From NCBI RefSeq assembly GCF_009914755.1, contig NC_060932.1: a stretch of DNA of 64,000 bases; one strand, 5' to 3'. Position 1 is the first letter of the stretch. Every line of letters begins with the position of its first letter. The notes under the pieces were generated by a model. That model was given only the letters and a program-made list of their open reading frames with translations. It made no database searches and was not told the origin of the DNA. Positions 14,861-30,610 of the stretch are shown here, in pieces. A program made the translations under genes and the position numbers. Source of the DNA: the human T2T-CHM13v2.0 reference genome, Homo sapiens.

Positions 14861-17494
14861 TCCCAAGCTATACTAGATTATTATTTTCTTATATTTGGCT
14901 ACATTCACATACATAGTAAGTGATGAGGCTAGAATTTAACCACTTGTGCCTGAAAATACATATTTAAATAAAACATAGGTTATTATGGACTCATTTCCCA
15001 GATTTTTATTTTTACACCAAGTCTTCAGTCTTGAGTTTGCTTCAGATAAGGTATCATCCTTTTTCTTTAAATTATGATTAGGATTGTTGAGTTTACAAAA
15101 TATCATTCCAAAAACCTTTTTGAGACAAGAAAAATGTATATAAATATGAAATTATTTCAATATTTGAAGTACGTTTGCTTAACTATGGCTCACACAGACT
15201 AATCCCAAAGGAAATTCCTACATCTACACATGGAAATTGGAACAGATTTCTATCCCATAATATGGCTTCTTAAGTTGCCAAGACAAAATGTTTTATATGG
15301 GATACGGCGTTTTTAAAGTTAACCATACAGTTCTCTACTAGTAACTAGAGAGGAGACACTCTCCATAAATTAGAGGTTTTTCCATTGGCTTACAGTCATT
15401 TTTACAGCCACGAGTAGAAATCTTAACTTTTTTCTTTGATTTTGCGATTCTCTTAACACCTTTGAAAGTCCTGGAATTTTTAAAGGTATTTCAACATATT
15501 CTGCAGGATTGTAAAAGTTAGAAATCATTGGCCTAAAGCAGTGCTTCTCTACTTCCTTTTTTTTCTTTTGAGACACCCACACAGGATACATGAAGGTCAT
15601 GTGGTTAACATATTCAGGATTATGTTACTATTATCATAACTGTGAGACTCATTCACATTTATAAAGAAAATCCATCCCACTGTATGATTTTCACACTGGT
15701 TAATAGCAACTTGTCTAAAGAGCACGGATCTACTAACCAGTATGATTTAACCAGTGTGATTTGACTAAATTAACCAATCAGTTCAGTAAGCCAGTCTGAT
15801 TTTAAAGCTAGTCTCTTTTTTTTATTCTTTTCAGAAAGAGTTCAACAGCTAAAGAATTTCAAGTATACTCTGTCTTCCAGTTCCATATTCACATTCTCTT
15901 CTTGTACAGCGTGTTGAGTTTCCATTCTACACAAAAAGTGCCAAGAAGTCTACAGAGAGATCATATTCTTTTCGTTCATCCACTCATTCATTCATTCAAA
16001 AATATTTATTGGGGGTATTTGATGTGTTAGAAGCAATGAGTCTCTAATGAATTAGGTAGATGTGCTCCTTTCCCTCTCAGAGCTTTCAGCCTAACGGAGA
16101 TAAGTAGACATTAATAGAAATAACTACATAATTATAACTGTGACAGGTGTTAGGAGGGTAAAGGGCAGAGTGCAACAAGAAATTATAAGAAAGCCTAATT
16201 TAGGAGTTAGAGAAGGGTGCCCTGAGAAAGTGAGGGTTAAACATTGATTCAGGTGTCAGTGATAACTCTCAGTTTCTCATGAACCAAGCCAGTATCAGCA
16301 GCCTCCCACACACCTTTGAAAAGAATTTTCCTGGAGCCCACAATTAATAAGTGGTGGAGTTAAGATATAAACCCAAAATCTGTCTTTGAAATTTATAATC
16401 TAATTACTCTATATGTTGCTTCTTCATTATTATATGACATTTCCTTTTAATATGCTATGGTCTTGAAAACCAAGAACAATAATAAAAGTTTCCATTCATT
16501 GTGCACTTTCTATGTGCCACATTCCTTTAATTTCATGATAATTTTTCAAGAATGTTACTATTTTCCTCATTTTACACATATGAAAACCAAAACTCAGAGA
16601 AGCTAAACAACTTGCCCCCAGATCATAAATCTCAGTGAAGCTTACTTCAGTGAGGATGAAAGGGACATTCCCATAAACAAAATAAATTAAGATTGTCGAT
16701 GGTCTTTGTGGAATCGTTTTTGTATACTTGGAGCTCTTTTTTTTTTTTTTTTTGCATCCTTTTCCCTGGGTGTATTCCAGGTAGATGCTCTCCAAATCTC
16801 TGAGGTTTTTTTTTTTTTTTAAGTGAAAGTAGTAATAGTACCTTACATGTTATTTAACAGTTTATAAATTATGTTTACTTATTTTATCACTGAACCCTTT
16901 GAGATAAGAATTATTTTCACTATATAAACTACTTGGGCTCGACACTGAGTCCACCTCCCTAATGTAGGATATTACTATGTGTAGAGTTTTCAAACATTAG
17001 AGACAATTATAGGAAAGAAGGAACTATTTCAAGCAAATGTTACCATTCTTAATAAGAGAAGCAGCCCCACAACTTCTCACCCATAGATCCAAGGGCAAAT
17101 GATTATGGCCCTATAATGTAGGAAAATGGCACATTTTCTAATACTTGGGGAATCTGGTTTATCAGAAGCTATCTTAATGTTACATGTGGCTCTGGGTTAG
17201 TGATTCTTGTTTAATTATGTCCATATGTGATGAATTTGGCCTGCCTGATTTTATGATCTGCCACCTTTGTTTCAAATATAGTTTGGCAATCATACAGAAG
17301 AGATCCTATCAGCTTAATACTATAAAACTGAATAAATTAACTCATCTGACTTCTTTTACATCCCACTAGCTTAAAAATAAATTATAGGAAAACCATCTAA
17401 GAAATAAGAATAGCTTTAAAATCACCAGAAAACTGAGGAAAGAGTCTTTGCATGTGATAGTGAAGCTATGAGGAATTAAAATAAAATTGACTAA

Positions 17495-17855
<361 letters not shown>

Positions 17856-18969
17856 TAGCTTCACTCTTTAAGAGGTTTATTCACCCAGCAAGAAGAGTAT
17901 AAAGAGACATATCTTATTCTAGTCTTTGTGTATAGTAAATAATGTACTTAATTCTTAATAATCAGTCCCATTTGATTAAAATAGTTTAGAACTTTGCCCT
18001 TACGCCGTTGAAATAAGAAAAATTCTTCATACATTTAAATGTAATCCTCTTAAAGTGCAAACATCATACCTAGCACAGTGATATTCAGTGTCTATTAATA
18101 ATTAACAGTATATAGTTCCACCATTCTTTTCACACTGAATATCAGTATAACTGACTGCCATCCATCCATTATATTTATACTGTTTAAAATGTAACATGTG
18201 ATAGAGACTTTTTTAAATGCAGTGATCATAGTTTTTACCCATCTTCATGAAGCCAACCTTGGAAGCAGGACATGGATAGACAGTTACTATGGATCTTTTT
18301 ATAGGGGATATTATTTTTTCTAGATTATGTGTAACAAATCATTCCATAAATGAGTTCATACCTTGTTCAAAAATAGCACAATATTTTTTTATGTTAGATT
18401 TACATTATAACAGACAAAGCGAAGCAAAAGATTTTGGAATTAAGAAAAGTAAATTGAGTAACAGTTCCACTCAATGCCTATCAAATATTACCTTTTTCAT
18501 ATAAGATTCAGAATCTTTCACCACCATGTGTCCAAATAGTGTCTTTAATTTAAAACTTTAATAGACTGAGTTCTACAAAGGAAAAAACCCTTTAATATAA
18601 AAGTAAAATTAAACCTCAATTTGCTTTCATCCTTTAACAGGTTCACTACCAGTAACAGGAATTAGTTTCCCTGTAGAAACATCTTATATATAATGACTTA
18701 TGAAGGAAACTCACTAGAAAGTTATAATAACAGCATCCCATTTCTTCCAAGGACTGTGTTTTAATGTAAATGTTCTCTGCTATTATTAAATAGGCCCCTA
18801 TTTATGGATCAGACAAGATCATTCTGTATATTTGTTCTCTTTCATATTGAAATGTTTTTGATTGGGGAGGAGGGAGATTTACCTAATGCTGTGTATATAT
18901 AATATTATTTGAACAAGAAGAAAACACACAAAAATGATAGTATCATTCTAGTTTGGAAGTATCACTCTT

Positions 18970-19460
18970 TAAATGAAAACAGGGTATTTATTGTAATGTA
19001 AATCATGCTTTATGCAAAGATAATGTACCAAACCCATGAGCAGAAATCCCACCAGGCCTCACATGGACCTAAACTGGGAGCCAGAAGGCTGTTAGGAACC
19101 CATGAGCATTCTTTTCCCATTTCTTGCCGTTGATTCTGTCTTTGCATGGCTGCTTTTTTCTTTCTCGGCAGCTAGCTCTCTCCCTTGCTCTATTACCCAG
19201 ACCATGTGGCCTATGGAAAATGGCAGCCAATGGCATCCAAGTTCACCTGTCACAGTTCCACCCACACTGCATATTTCTGTCTTTCTCAGTCCCACTCCCA
19301 AATTCCCAAAGAGATTTCACTTACCCAGTTTGGTCCATCCCAATACAGCCAGAAGGCAAGGCCATGTATGTATAAATTTAGTCACCAAAAATGCATTTCT
19401 GTGGGCAACTAAGAAGGGAAGTGGTTATTGTGAGCTTCGTAGACATCACCAAAGGTGTCT
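18970..19460. mobile_element. Ancient LTR-like fragment (MLT1/LTR33-type)
   Basis: Phrases resembling old ERVL/MaLR LTRs (ggaaaatggcagcca, cccaaattcccaaagaga, cagccagaaggcaaggcca). Family uncertain. Confidence 0.4.
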
Positions 19461-19509
19461 GCTTTTGTCTGGATCATCAAGAACAAAGGATTTGAAGTAC
19501 CATTTTTTA

Positions 19510-19839
<330 letters not shown>

Positions 19840-19865
19840 CTAAAAGGAAAGGAAATTTTATTTTA

Positions 19866-20205
<340 letters not shown>

Positions 20206-21299
20206 TTGGTTGTTCCCTTATTATTCCTGTAAATCACAGGCCAGGAAAGAAACATGCATCAGTGAAGTCGGACGGGAATAAAACGAAAGGGAAAAGACAA
20301 GGACTCAAAGAGCTGGAGAAAGCTTATCTATCTATAAAAGAAGGATGAATAGTCAGTTCTAGCTAATTAATGCCAGACTGAATGTCAGCCCAAGGTTGGA
20401 AAATTTACTCTTTTTTTTTTTCCTGAAGGAAAGCTATAAATCTGGTTGTTTACTTAAAACTTTTATATTTTAAAATGTTGGCACATGAATAAAAACTTTC
20501 AAACATTATTTGGGCCAAACAAAACACACTTATTGACCAAATGTGGCCTGACATTAAAGACCAATATTTTGCAACTTCTGCCAAGGAAATGCTTCATTCC
20601 CAACTTTTCTCAGTTCTCGTTTTTCTTTCCCATTCTCGTTGTCACCTTGGTAGTTTGGGACACGTGAGCTCACCTTTGAAGTGATCTGATAACCCCCCAA
20701 CCTGCTCTCTCTCTCTCCCTTCTGGACCAATTCAACATCACTGCTCCTGTATCAGTTCTCTTAAACCCCATCTTCATCTTAACACTACCCTTCCTTCAAA
20801 AACTTCAGTAGATTTACATCTCCTACTAAGTAAAGCCTTTAGCCTGACATTCAAGTTCTTTAACAATATGAGGTGTTTTTTTTTTTATGGTTTAGCATCC
20901 CCACCTCCCAAGGCTAGTAATTCTATGAAACTAAGTCTTCTTGCTCTTTGTCTCCAAAGTTTTGTTCATGCCTTTCTTTCTATTCTTCCTTTACCACTGT
21001 ATATATATCCTGTCTAATTGTCCTTCAAAGCTGGGCTCATATTCCATCTACTGTATGAAGTATTCAGAAGCTATAGGAGCTTCTGTAGACAGAGGAAAAA
21101 CTGTGTGGCTGAATTGGAAATACTGGCTCCACCTCTTCCTAGTTGTATGGACTGTGAAGACAATTTCTTTCAGCTTTAGTTTCCTCATTTGTATGTAAAG
21201 TGTACATAACAATACCTATCTTGATGAATATCGTGAACTAGTATTATGCTTACTATTCCCTTATACTCCCATTTCAAAATATTTTTGCCTTTTTCTGAA

Positions 21300-21512
21300 C
21301 CTCTAAATATGTGCTATCTACTACATGAGGTATTAGCCACATGTGACTGTTTAAATTTAAATAAATTTTTAAAAATTTAAAATTTTATTCTTCAGTCCCA
21401 CTAGCCACCTATCAGGTGTTCAGTAGCTACGTATGACTAGTGATTACCTTATCATGCAGTGCAGAATTATAGAACATTTCTCTCATTCACAGAAAGTTCT
21501 ACTGGACAATGC
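21300..21512. mobile_element. MER3-like hAT MITE
   Basis: tagccacatgtgactg...cactagccac...cacagaaagttctactggacaatgc. Confidence 0.65.
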
Positions 21513-21949
21513 AGCTCTAGGAACTTACTACCACTCATAAAGCACTTAGCGCATATTGCCTTGCATTATCATTATTTGTGTACTATCTTACCTACTAAAT
21601 TTAAAAATCATATAGTTGGGAATTATGTGATCATGTATTACATATTTGTTATCTCCCACAGTACCTTACATCCAAGAAGTACTTAACAAACATGTAGTGA
21701 ATGAATAAATGAACAAGTACCTGGTCGGTTTCTATGTTGTTATTGTGGAATGAAAAGAAGCTATTAGATCTGAAAGGGACCATACTGATTAGGTGATTGT
21801 TTGCATTCTTGCAGGTACAACAGTACTTGAATGTTATGCATTCTTTGTGCTACACATAGAAGTTGTGTATACTTAGCTTAATATAAACTAGCAACATATT
21901 TTTCTATCATACATTACAAAGAAACATGCATATGCAACATGTTTCCTTT

Positions 21950-22450
21950 CAGGTGCCCAGTTGCAATCAACAGAAATCAATTCTGGCAATTTAAGCAGAA
22001 AAGAAAGGTATTTGCTAAGGGATCCTGGATAGGTCATAGAATCTCTAGGAAGGCTGGAGATTCTGGGCTGTAGGTTAGGAGTGATGCCCAAAACCATACT
22101 GCAGGTTAATCCTGCTAAACTATCACTGCTACTTGGCACAGATATCACAGCTTGCACCATTGTCAGGACTCATGGCAAATCACTACATGCTGCTACAGGA
22201 TAACTTCGGGAAAGTATATTCTGGCCACTACCCTCATTGGAATGAAAGCCTATGGTGTCTCTGCTTCTTTGCTTTATTAGCTTCAGATTCAAAGTTTGGA
22301 AAAGTAGTGCCTCAACCATGTGCTTATACCCTAATTGCAAAGCAGGCTAGAAAAGTAGCACCTTCCTATTTTAACTTCTATAGTTGAAGGATGGGATATT
22401 TTTCAAATGTAGAAGGAAGATTTAAATGCTGGTAAGCCAAAAACATTAAC
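21950..22450. mobile_element. LTR33-like ERVL LTR
   Basis: gttgcaatcaacagaaatcaattctggcaatttaagcagaaaagaaaggtattt...catagaatctctaggaaggctgga. Confidence 0.6.
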
Positions 22451-22729
22451 AAATATCCACTTTGTAATATAAAATAATTACCAGTGGTAAGAAAAAAAAA
22501 CTAAGCTCAATATGATTAGCTATTTTTTAATTCTTTTAAATAAGAGTTTGTCATATTGTTATTTTCCTCTTTGTTCATTGAGCATAAGCAGACAAGAACG
22601 GGGGGAAATCTATAGAAGAAATCTAAGGTAAAGAAGATGGCATTCTCAATTTTAACTTTTTCTGCAGATTTGACCACCCAATATCCATGCATTCTCTTGT
22701 TTTTTCATATAGAGCATAATAAATTCCTC

Positions 22730-23500
22730 CTCAGAAGGACAACCTTAAAACCTCAAAATCTTATCCGGCTGGTCGAAATCTAGAATCTTTGAGCAATGTG
22801 TAGTCCTCTCATATCTCGATGTGGCTTTTCATGTTATGGTGACCTGCAAGCTGAAAACAAGTTATCTGCCTCCGTTATCTGACTCTGTTAAATCTAATTT
22901 AAATGTATGGTAGCCACAGAAAAACTGAAAGAAAAATTCCCATTTAGAAAGGAGAGAATAGGAAACACAAAACAATCAGTCATCTGTAGGAGTTATCAAT
23001 CTCACTTGGTAGGAATGGCAGAGATTGACAGTAGAGTACGTTTCTTAGTTTACTCATCTGGCAACCCTGGTTCTGTTTTCAGGAAGGTGTTTCTTCGTTG
23101 TTTATTCTCTATGGCCACGAAGGTTTGTATTGAAGAGTTGGCTTCATTGCTGTCATAGCCTGCTTCTTTCTAGTACAGGTTTGGAAACTCCATTGTTATC
23201 TTATGGGTTCAACAGAATTTTGTAAGGTAAGCTAGTATTTTTTTTCTATACCAGTAGTGCAGAAATTCAGTAGGCTTACAGTCTGTTTGCTTCAAATCAG
23301 TTTCAAGTGTGAGTCTCTTCAGCCAAACGCCTCATTAGACACAGGCTTTCAGCCTAAAGATTCTGGTATTTTAGTTTCTAGCCTCTGTGCCCTACTCACT
23401 TCCTTTGCTTTCAACTTAATGGCAGCCACCTTGATATCATCTGAAAAAAAGGATTTGGGTGGGAAGGCCACCCCTTAGTTCAATTTGGCCAATAGGCTCT
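22730..23500. mobile_element. MaLR internal (MLT1-int-like) fragment
   Basis: acaagttatctgcctcc...cccatttagaaaggagagaatagg resembles MLT-int. Confidence 0.45.
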
Positions 23501-25049
23501 CTCCCCTTCATGGCAAGGCCTGTTATTTATGCATAGTTTTTTTTCTGGAGATTTATGATAATTTCATATGTTATTCAGTTTCCAAAACTGTGCAGATTAT
23601 AGGATCTGATTCTTTTTCAACACTATTTATTAAACACCACTACGTGTTGTATACTCTATGGCATAGGGTAATTAGGATTCCAAGTTTGCACCAAAGAACT
23701 CTGACCTACAGAAAGATAAGTTACCTGCCCAAAATTTGCAAATAGTCAAATAGGAACTTGAACTCATATCATCTGATTCTAAAATGGCGTGTTCATCCAA
23801 CCATAAAATATTGCCTCAAAATATCTAACTTGAGAGTTACGAAGAGGTTGGTGATATTTCACATCCATTCTTGAGACAGAAACAGGCACAGGTATCAGTG
23901 GACTGATGCATGATCAAGTACAGATCTGAAAGTTTAAAAAAAAAAAAGCCAAGGAGTGAGGTAGTGGATATGCAACTCTATCTAAGTAGTTTAACTGTGG
24001 ATCAGGAATGGATTATTTTCTAATGGGCTTTTACTTTATCCCCTTTAGTGTAGTAATAGCAACATCAGACAAGAAAAACAAGAAAGTACCAAAAAATTAC
24101 AAATGCCAAAATAACAATGACAGCTATAATTTCTTGTATTTAAATGTGTTAAGAATACCAAAATGATAAGCCTTACTTTTATGGAAAAAAATATAATTAT
24201 CTTACTGCAGAAGAGTCATAAGCTTTATTTCATCATAAGGTCTTGTTTCTCATTAAAAGTCAGTATTAACAATTACAGGAACCCATAATGGGAAATGGGT
24301 ATGCCAGTCCTCTGGCTTGATCCCTCTGTTTTGCAGATGAGGATCAAGACACACAAGAGGTCAAGATCCTTTTCAACTCCACATGTTGGCAAATCCGCAA
24401 TTTTTCACGGTGTATTCAGTCCTATTGACAGCTATGGTATAGTTTGATGAAATCTCCAATTTTTCGTGTGGGTTGGTCCAAAGTGGCATGCTGAGAGATT
24501 GAAATGCATATGTATATTGTAGGGAATAACTGTTTCTAGCACATTTGTTTCCATTTTTATCATAAATACGTTACCATCATTTTCATGAAGTCAGAATTTA
24601 GTGATGAAAGTGACATATCCCCATTTTTCATGAGAGAACAAAAAACGTGAATGATCTGAGTCTCAACACTACCCATAAAACAATGTATTTTAAGTTTATT
24701 TGGACATGCAAGGAGAACCTGAGATGAGGTTTCAAGTCACTGATTATTCTGGAATTAGAAATTTGTGTCCAAAATACTAAGTGAAGATGGAAGCCCAGCA
24801 TGCTTTGAGAAGCAAGCTTAGGTTTTGACATTGCCAAAATTTGAGTTCAAATCTCATCTATATTATTAGTCAACTGTGTGAATTGGGCACTTTCCTCATA
24901 TGGAAAATGATAGTAGTCATCACTGCCATACAATCTTCTTACGAAAACTAGAGATAGGTAGATTTTATATCCAAAGCATCTCCACATAGTTGTAAGTCAT
25001 GAAACAATAGCTCTTTCCCTCCTTTGTTCTGAATTGAGTAGTTGAGTTT

Positions 25050-25950
25050 TTTCCCAACTTTTATTTTGAAATATTTTAAATATGAAAAAGGGAATAATAC
25101 AATGAACATCCCACTACATAGACTGACAGACGTTATTGACTTTATCTTTTCTCTTTCTCACTCTCTTTTCACTCATACACACACATGCATTCACATACAT
25201 ACACCACATACACGTGGTATGTATTTTTACCGACCATTTGAGCATAAGGTTAAGTTGCAGACATCATGATAAATCATTAAGTACTTTTAGCATACATCTC
25301 AAATTTTTAAAAAAATATATGTAAGCATAAAATTAACCCAAAAACCCCTTTGTTATCTCATATTCATTCCGTATCCAATTTCTTCAGTTCAGTTGTCCCC
25401 CAAAAAAATGTTTTTTAAAGCTTTTTGTTGTTTTTCTCCTTAATCCAGGATTCAGTCAAGATTTATTCATTGCATTTGGTTGTTACGCATAATCTAAAAC
25501 AGTACTTTCCCTTTTGTTTTTCATGACATTGACTTTTGAAGAATCCAGACAAAACTGTCTTGTAGAATGTCCAACATTCTGGATTTTTTTTTTTTTTTAT
25601 CATTCTCTCTATTCCCTGTATTTCCAGTAAACTGGAGGTTAGACCTAGGGATGTGATTACATTGAGTTAAATGTCATAGGTGATATAAACTTTATATAGT
25701 CCATCGATAGACACATAATGTCAAGATTTCTTACTCCTAGGCATGCTACATTTCATCACTTGGTTAAGAGGTGACTGCTAGTTTCTCTCTATGGAAAACA
25801 TATATTTTTCTCTTTATAATTACTAAGCAATTTCTGGAGTAATACTTTGGTACCATATGAATATTCTGTTCTCTAAAAATTATCCAATAATTGTAATATC
25901 CAGTGCTGACCCTTGCCTGAATCAATTATTACACTGGGACTGGGAATTTT
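25050..25950 (-). mobile_element. Old L1 (L1MC/ME-type) 3' fragment
   Basis: ttcatgacattgacttttgaagaatccag...tgtagaatgtccaacattctggattt; similar to 31720-32610. Confidence 0.6.
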
Positions 25951-26294
25951 AATTGAGTTTTTTTGAAACATAATCAAACTTAAAAATAGACTTAAAATGT
26001 GTATTAAGTCTATGCTTTTACATTATGTCATAAAGTGGATTAATATAGTATTGATAACTTATTTTCTTACATACAGCATTTTCACATATGACATGACATT
26101 TTCTACTTTTCTATAGACAAGTATTTTCAATTTATATAGTTTTTACTGAAAATAAGTGGTTTTATTAATGGATATGTGAATACTATTATGGGTCATCATA
26201 CTGCATGTTAATTTTATATACAAAGAGCAGACGAAAAGTAGTTAGAAATGTAAAAGAATATCAGGAATTAGAAACATAAAAAATTAGTTTCCAA

Positions 26295-26570
26295 GAAGAG
26301 CGTAAGGAGACATGATGACTAAATGTAATGTGGTATCCTGGATCAGAAAAAGCACTTCAGGTAAAAACTAAGGACATCAGAATAAAGTATAAACTTTAGT
26401 CAATAGTCATATATCAATATTAGTTAATTGCCACAAATTTACCATACCTATGTAAGATGTTAATAATTGGGAAAACTGGATGTGGGGGTGCTAGAATTCT
26501 CTGTACTATCTTTGGCAATTTTCCTGTAAATCTAAAACTATTCTAAAATCAAATATTTATTTAAAATTAT
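26295..26570 (+). mobile_element. L1M 3' end fragment
   Basis: aaatgtaatgtggtatcctgga...tgtaagatgttaataattgggaaaactgg...ctgtaaatctaaaactattctaaaa. Confidence 0.75.
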
Positions 26571-27533
26571 TTCAGTGTGTTTTAAATGGGAATCTGAATT
26601 TTAAGAAAAATGATTAAAATTTCTTTAAGCATGCTTATAAAGCAAAAGCCATGAAAACAGTTATAAAATAGAATATCAAATTCAGAGTTTTTAACAGAGC
26701 TGTATTCAAAATGGCCAATTTTCAAATGATGTTGAAAACAAAAAAATAGACAAATTTAAAACTTTATTTACAAGAAAATGGAATACTATCTATTGTATGT
26801 ATCTGTCAGAATAGGTTAGGTTGTAGTAACAAACAACTAAAAATATTAATGGCTTAACACAAAAAATTTATGTCTCACTCCCACTACTTGTCCATTGAGA
26901 GTCCTGTGTGTGGCTGTACTCAGGCTGATGGAAGGAGACATAGTGAGTCATACATACATCAGCTGCTAAATCTTCTGCCTTGAAGTTACATGGGTTAGTT
27001 TTGCTCACATTTCATTGGACAAACAAGTCACATGACCACACCTAACTTCAGAGGTGGGAATAAAGTGAATATACATGAATAGACCTAACATCTACCATAA
27101 TCATGACCCCTGCTTGAAGCTCACCATGCTGTAGCTACTAGATATGTAACTTTTATAATATTAAATAGTTGTGACAAAGCTTTTGGAATGAATGGATTCA
27201 TGTTAAAGTCCGAAACAATTTTGTGTGTCAATTGTTAATTTTTAATCTCAATTTTTGTTTTAATTGTAAATGCAGAGCCTGGATTAGCCCAGACGAAATT
27301 GTTGGCTATTTGTCTTTATTTTGTTTAGACTTTTAGAGATTTGAATTATATTTGTGATAGTAGCAAGACCTGAGAAGCATAAGTGTATGAGCTTTTACAT
27401 GCAGTCAGAGTAATCCATGACAGTGTCCCCATATTGAGGTCTTGCAGGACCAAATAAATAAATAAATAAACATCTTTCATATCTTGATATAAAATCTGCT
27501 GATGGGAGGGAAGTTATAAAATCTGCCAATGGG

Positions 27534-27999
27534 CACTATTTACAATAGCAAATACTTGGAACTAACCCAAATGCCCGTCAATGATAGACTGGATAAAGAA
27601 AATGTGGCACATATACACCATGGAATACTATGCAGCCATAAAAAACAATGAGTTCATGTCCTTTGCAGGGACATGGATGAAGCTGGAAACCATTATTCTC
27701 AGCAAACTAACACAGAACAGAAAACCAAACACCGCATGTTCTCACTCATAAGTGGGAGTTGAACAATGAGAACACAGGGACACAGGGAGGGGAACATCAC
27801 ACACTGGGGCCTGTTGAGGGGTAGGGGGCAAGGGGAGGGAGAGCATTAAGACAAATACCTAATACATGTGGGGCTTAAAACCTAGATGATGGGTTGATAG
27901 GTGCAGCAAAGCACCATAGCACATGTATACCTATGTAACAAACCTGTATGTTCTGCACATGTATCCCAGAACTTAAAGTAAAATTAAAAAAAAAAAAAA
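27534..27999 (+). mobile_element. L1PA 3' end (5'-truncated) with poly-A
   Basis: cactatttacaatagcaaa...gataaagaaaatgtggcacatatacaccatggaatactatgcagcc...gtatcccagaacttaaagtaaaattaaaaa; TSD-like aaaatctgc on both flanks. Confidence 0.95.
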
Positions 28000-29233
28000 T
28001 CTGCTGAGGGGAGAGAAGTCATGTCCACAGAGTCTACCACAGAGGTTGATGAAGGTGCTGGAGACAATTGTTATATTTAAATTTTAGGAATTAAAGGAGC
28101 AAGATGGAAGAGAGTAAAAGTAGAATTTACAATTATTGATTCTTAAAGACGAAAAAGTCTTCTACCAAAGACAAACTAGCCACTCAGGACCTCAACTTTC
28201 TCATTGCTGCAATAAGGGAGTGCATAAACTACATAGATATACTGGATACCCAAGATTGCTTCCTAAAATCTGTGAGTCAATAATTTTAGAAATTCATTGT
28301 AATGCATTTTTTAATATGCTTTAAATGTAACACAAATGGTTTTCTAAATTATACTCACTCTGAGAAATGGTAATTTTGAATAAATGCAAAAATAGCAACT
28401 CGTTAAAGCATATAAATTGTGGTCTAAACTAAAATGTAAAGTCAGTTTTCATAATCTGCCAACTATTCTTCATCCTGTTTCCATAAACCATTTTCCATAT
28501 TGACATTGAGAAAACCCTGAATCCAAAGTAAGTCTGTCTGCAGTAGATGAGACCTTGCAGGTGGGAGCAACCAGGAATGGGTTATGTGAATCCAAGATTT
28601 GAAAGGAGGTCACCATGACATTAAGTTTGACAATGCATTGTAAGCCCTGCCTTGGGTGGGGCTTAAAATAGTTTCCAAGTCAGTAGCAGAAAGGATCTTT
28701 TGGTTTTTGTTGTCAAGTAACCAAAAAGGTTTTCTGGTTTCCAGATATTATTAGGGGAAACTGACCCTTTGGTCTTTTGTTTAATCAAATGGCTTTACTG
28801 AGGGTGCCAGGTAAATGAGTCATTCAGACTAAGCAGGGCAGAATAACGAGGACACCTGTGTTCTTCCTTCTGCCTGTGATGTTTTGCAGTTCAAGAACTT
28901 GATTTTTACCTGCAGGCATCTTTTCCAAATGTACTTTGGCTTAAAATACCTAATACCAAAATTAGTGATTTAAGGGCTCAACAACAACACCATCTGGGCC
29001 TTACCTGAGTATTTTTTGATGTCTCAATACACACACACACACACACATTATACATATATGTTTATGTATGCATGTGTATGTTTATATGTATGTGTATACT
29101 TTTTTAAATGTACACTTTTTAAAATAATGGTTAAGTTTTTACAGTTTTGATGGTCCACCCCTAAGTCATAATAGGATATTTTAATAAGTCTCCTCATGTA
29201 AAAAACTTATCTACAAAGGACTCAGAACTTACT

Positions 29234-29814
29234 GTATTAGTTTTATATTACAGTATAACAATTATCACAAATTTAACAGCTGAAAACAACACCCATTTAT
29301 TAATTCACAGTTCTGTAGGTCACAAGTCTGGCACGTTTGGCTGGGTTTTTTCTCTAGAGCATCACATGGCTGAAATGAAGATGTTGCCTGGGCTGAGTTC
29401 TTGTCTGGAGGTTCTAGGGGAGAAAATCAGCTTTCAAGGCCCTTTCGGTAGTGGACAGAATCCAATTCCTTACAGTTGCAGGCCTGAAGTCCCCATTTTC
29501 TTGCTGTCAGCCAGGCATCACTCCCAGCAGCTAGAGGCTGCTCTCACATCCTTTCCATGTGGCCCCTTCCCTCTTCAGGCAGAGAGAAGTATATTGAATT
29601 TTCTTGTGTTTCACATCTCTGTGATTTCCCTTTCTGGAACCAGACAGAGAAAGCACTCTGCTTTGAAAGGGCTGGTGTGGTTCAGTTACGCCCATTCAGA
29701 TAAGCACCCTTTCTTTAGGTCAACTGATTAGTATCCTTAATTACATCTGCAAAATCCCTTTTACCATGTAAAGTAACATAATCATGGGTGTCATCTTAGA
29801 ATTCTCCCTACCAC
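29234..29814 (-). mobile_element. MLT1 (MaLR) solo LTR
   Basis: tgtattagtttt...aaacaacacccatttattaattcacagttctgtaggtcacaagtc...ttaattacatctgcaaaatccc...ccctaccaca. Confidence 0.8.
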
Positions 29815-30359
29815 ATTTTCTTTCTATAGACCTTCACTGTTACGTAGATTCAGTTTTTAAGTTGAATAATGTGACAAATCATTTGGAACATTAAATGTGA
29901 TTCATGGTAATGAATGACATTCAAGTTAAATTAGTTTTATTGTAAATGTAGCTAAAGATTTTGTGGTGCTGAAAAATAAATTACTTTTAAAATAAGCCTA
30001 TAAATGTATTTGATAATGGAACATTGAAAAAGACATGTATTAAAGGGCTACTATAAATGTTCAGTATATTAGCTGGATTTATTTGATTATGTCAGATGAT
30101 AGTGATTAGCATATCTCCTCAATGTATGCTGTTAATCATGGTCTTGGTTATGCATTAATACACAAACTCATAGACATTAGAACTCAAAGATATCAGATAT
30201 CATCTGCCCTCCTCCCCCTCCCTTTTTCATAAATGAGGAGCCAGAGACTCAGAGAGGGGATATGACTCAGAGAGGACAATAGATAGAGCTCACAAGTTAG
30301 TGGTAGAGTCAGACCTAGAATACATAGTTTCAAATTCTGTATCTGGTAATAATAACAGT

Positions 30360-30610
30360 ATAATTAATTGAAGCTTTTCTATGCATCAGGCACTATCCTA
30401 AGTGCTTTAAATGCATTGTTTTCCTTAATACTCACAAAAATTCCTACCTCATTCCTAATGAGGTAGGCTTATTATTGCTGTCATTTCAGTTTGAGGAAAC
30501 TGAGTCACAGAGAGGGTATGTAACTTGCTCAGTGTCATCCACCTTGTAAATGGTAGAGTGGAGACTAAAAGAGAAGCAGTTTGATCCCAGGGCCTGACTC
30601 CTTCACTGTG
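30360..30610 (-). mobile_element. MIR SINE
   Basis: caggcactatcctaagtgcttt...gaggaaactgagtcacagagagg...taacttgctcagtgtca. Confidence 0.75.

Noticed and set aside
15812-15870. Strong acceptor (ttttattcttttcag|15835) as a microexon
   Set aside because: The nearest donor (CAA|gtatac) is weak and gives 28 nt, which is not frame-preserving.
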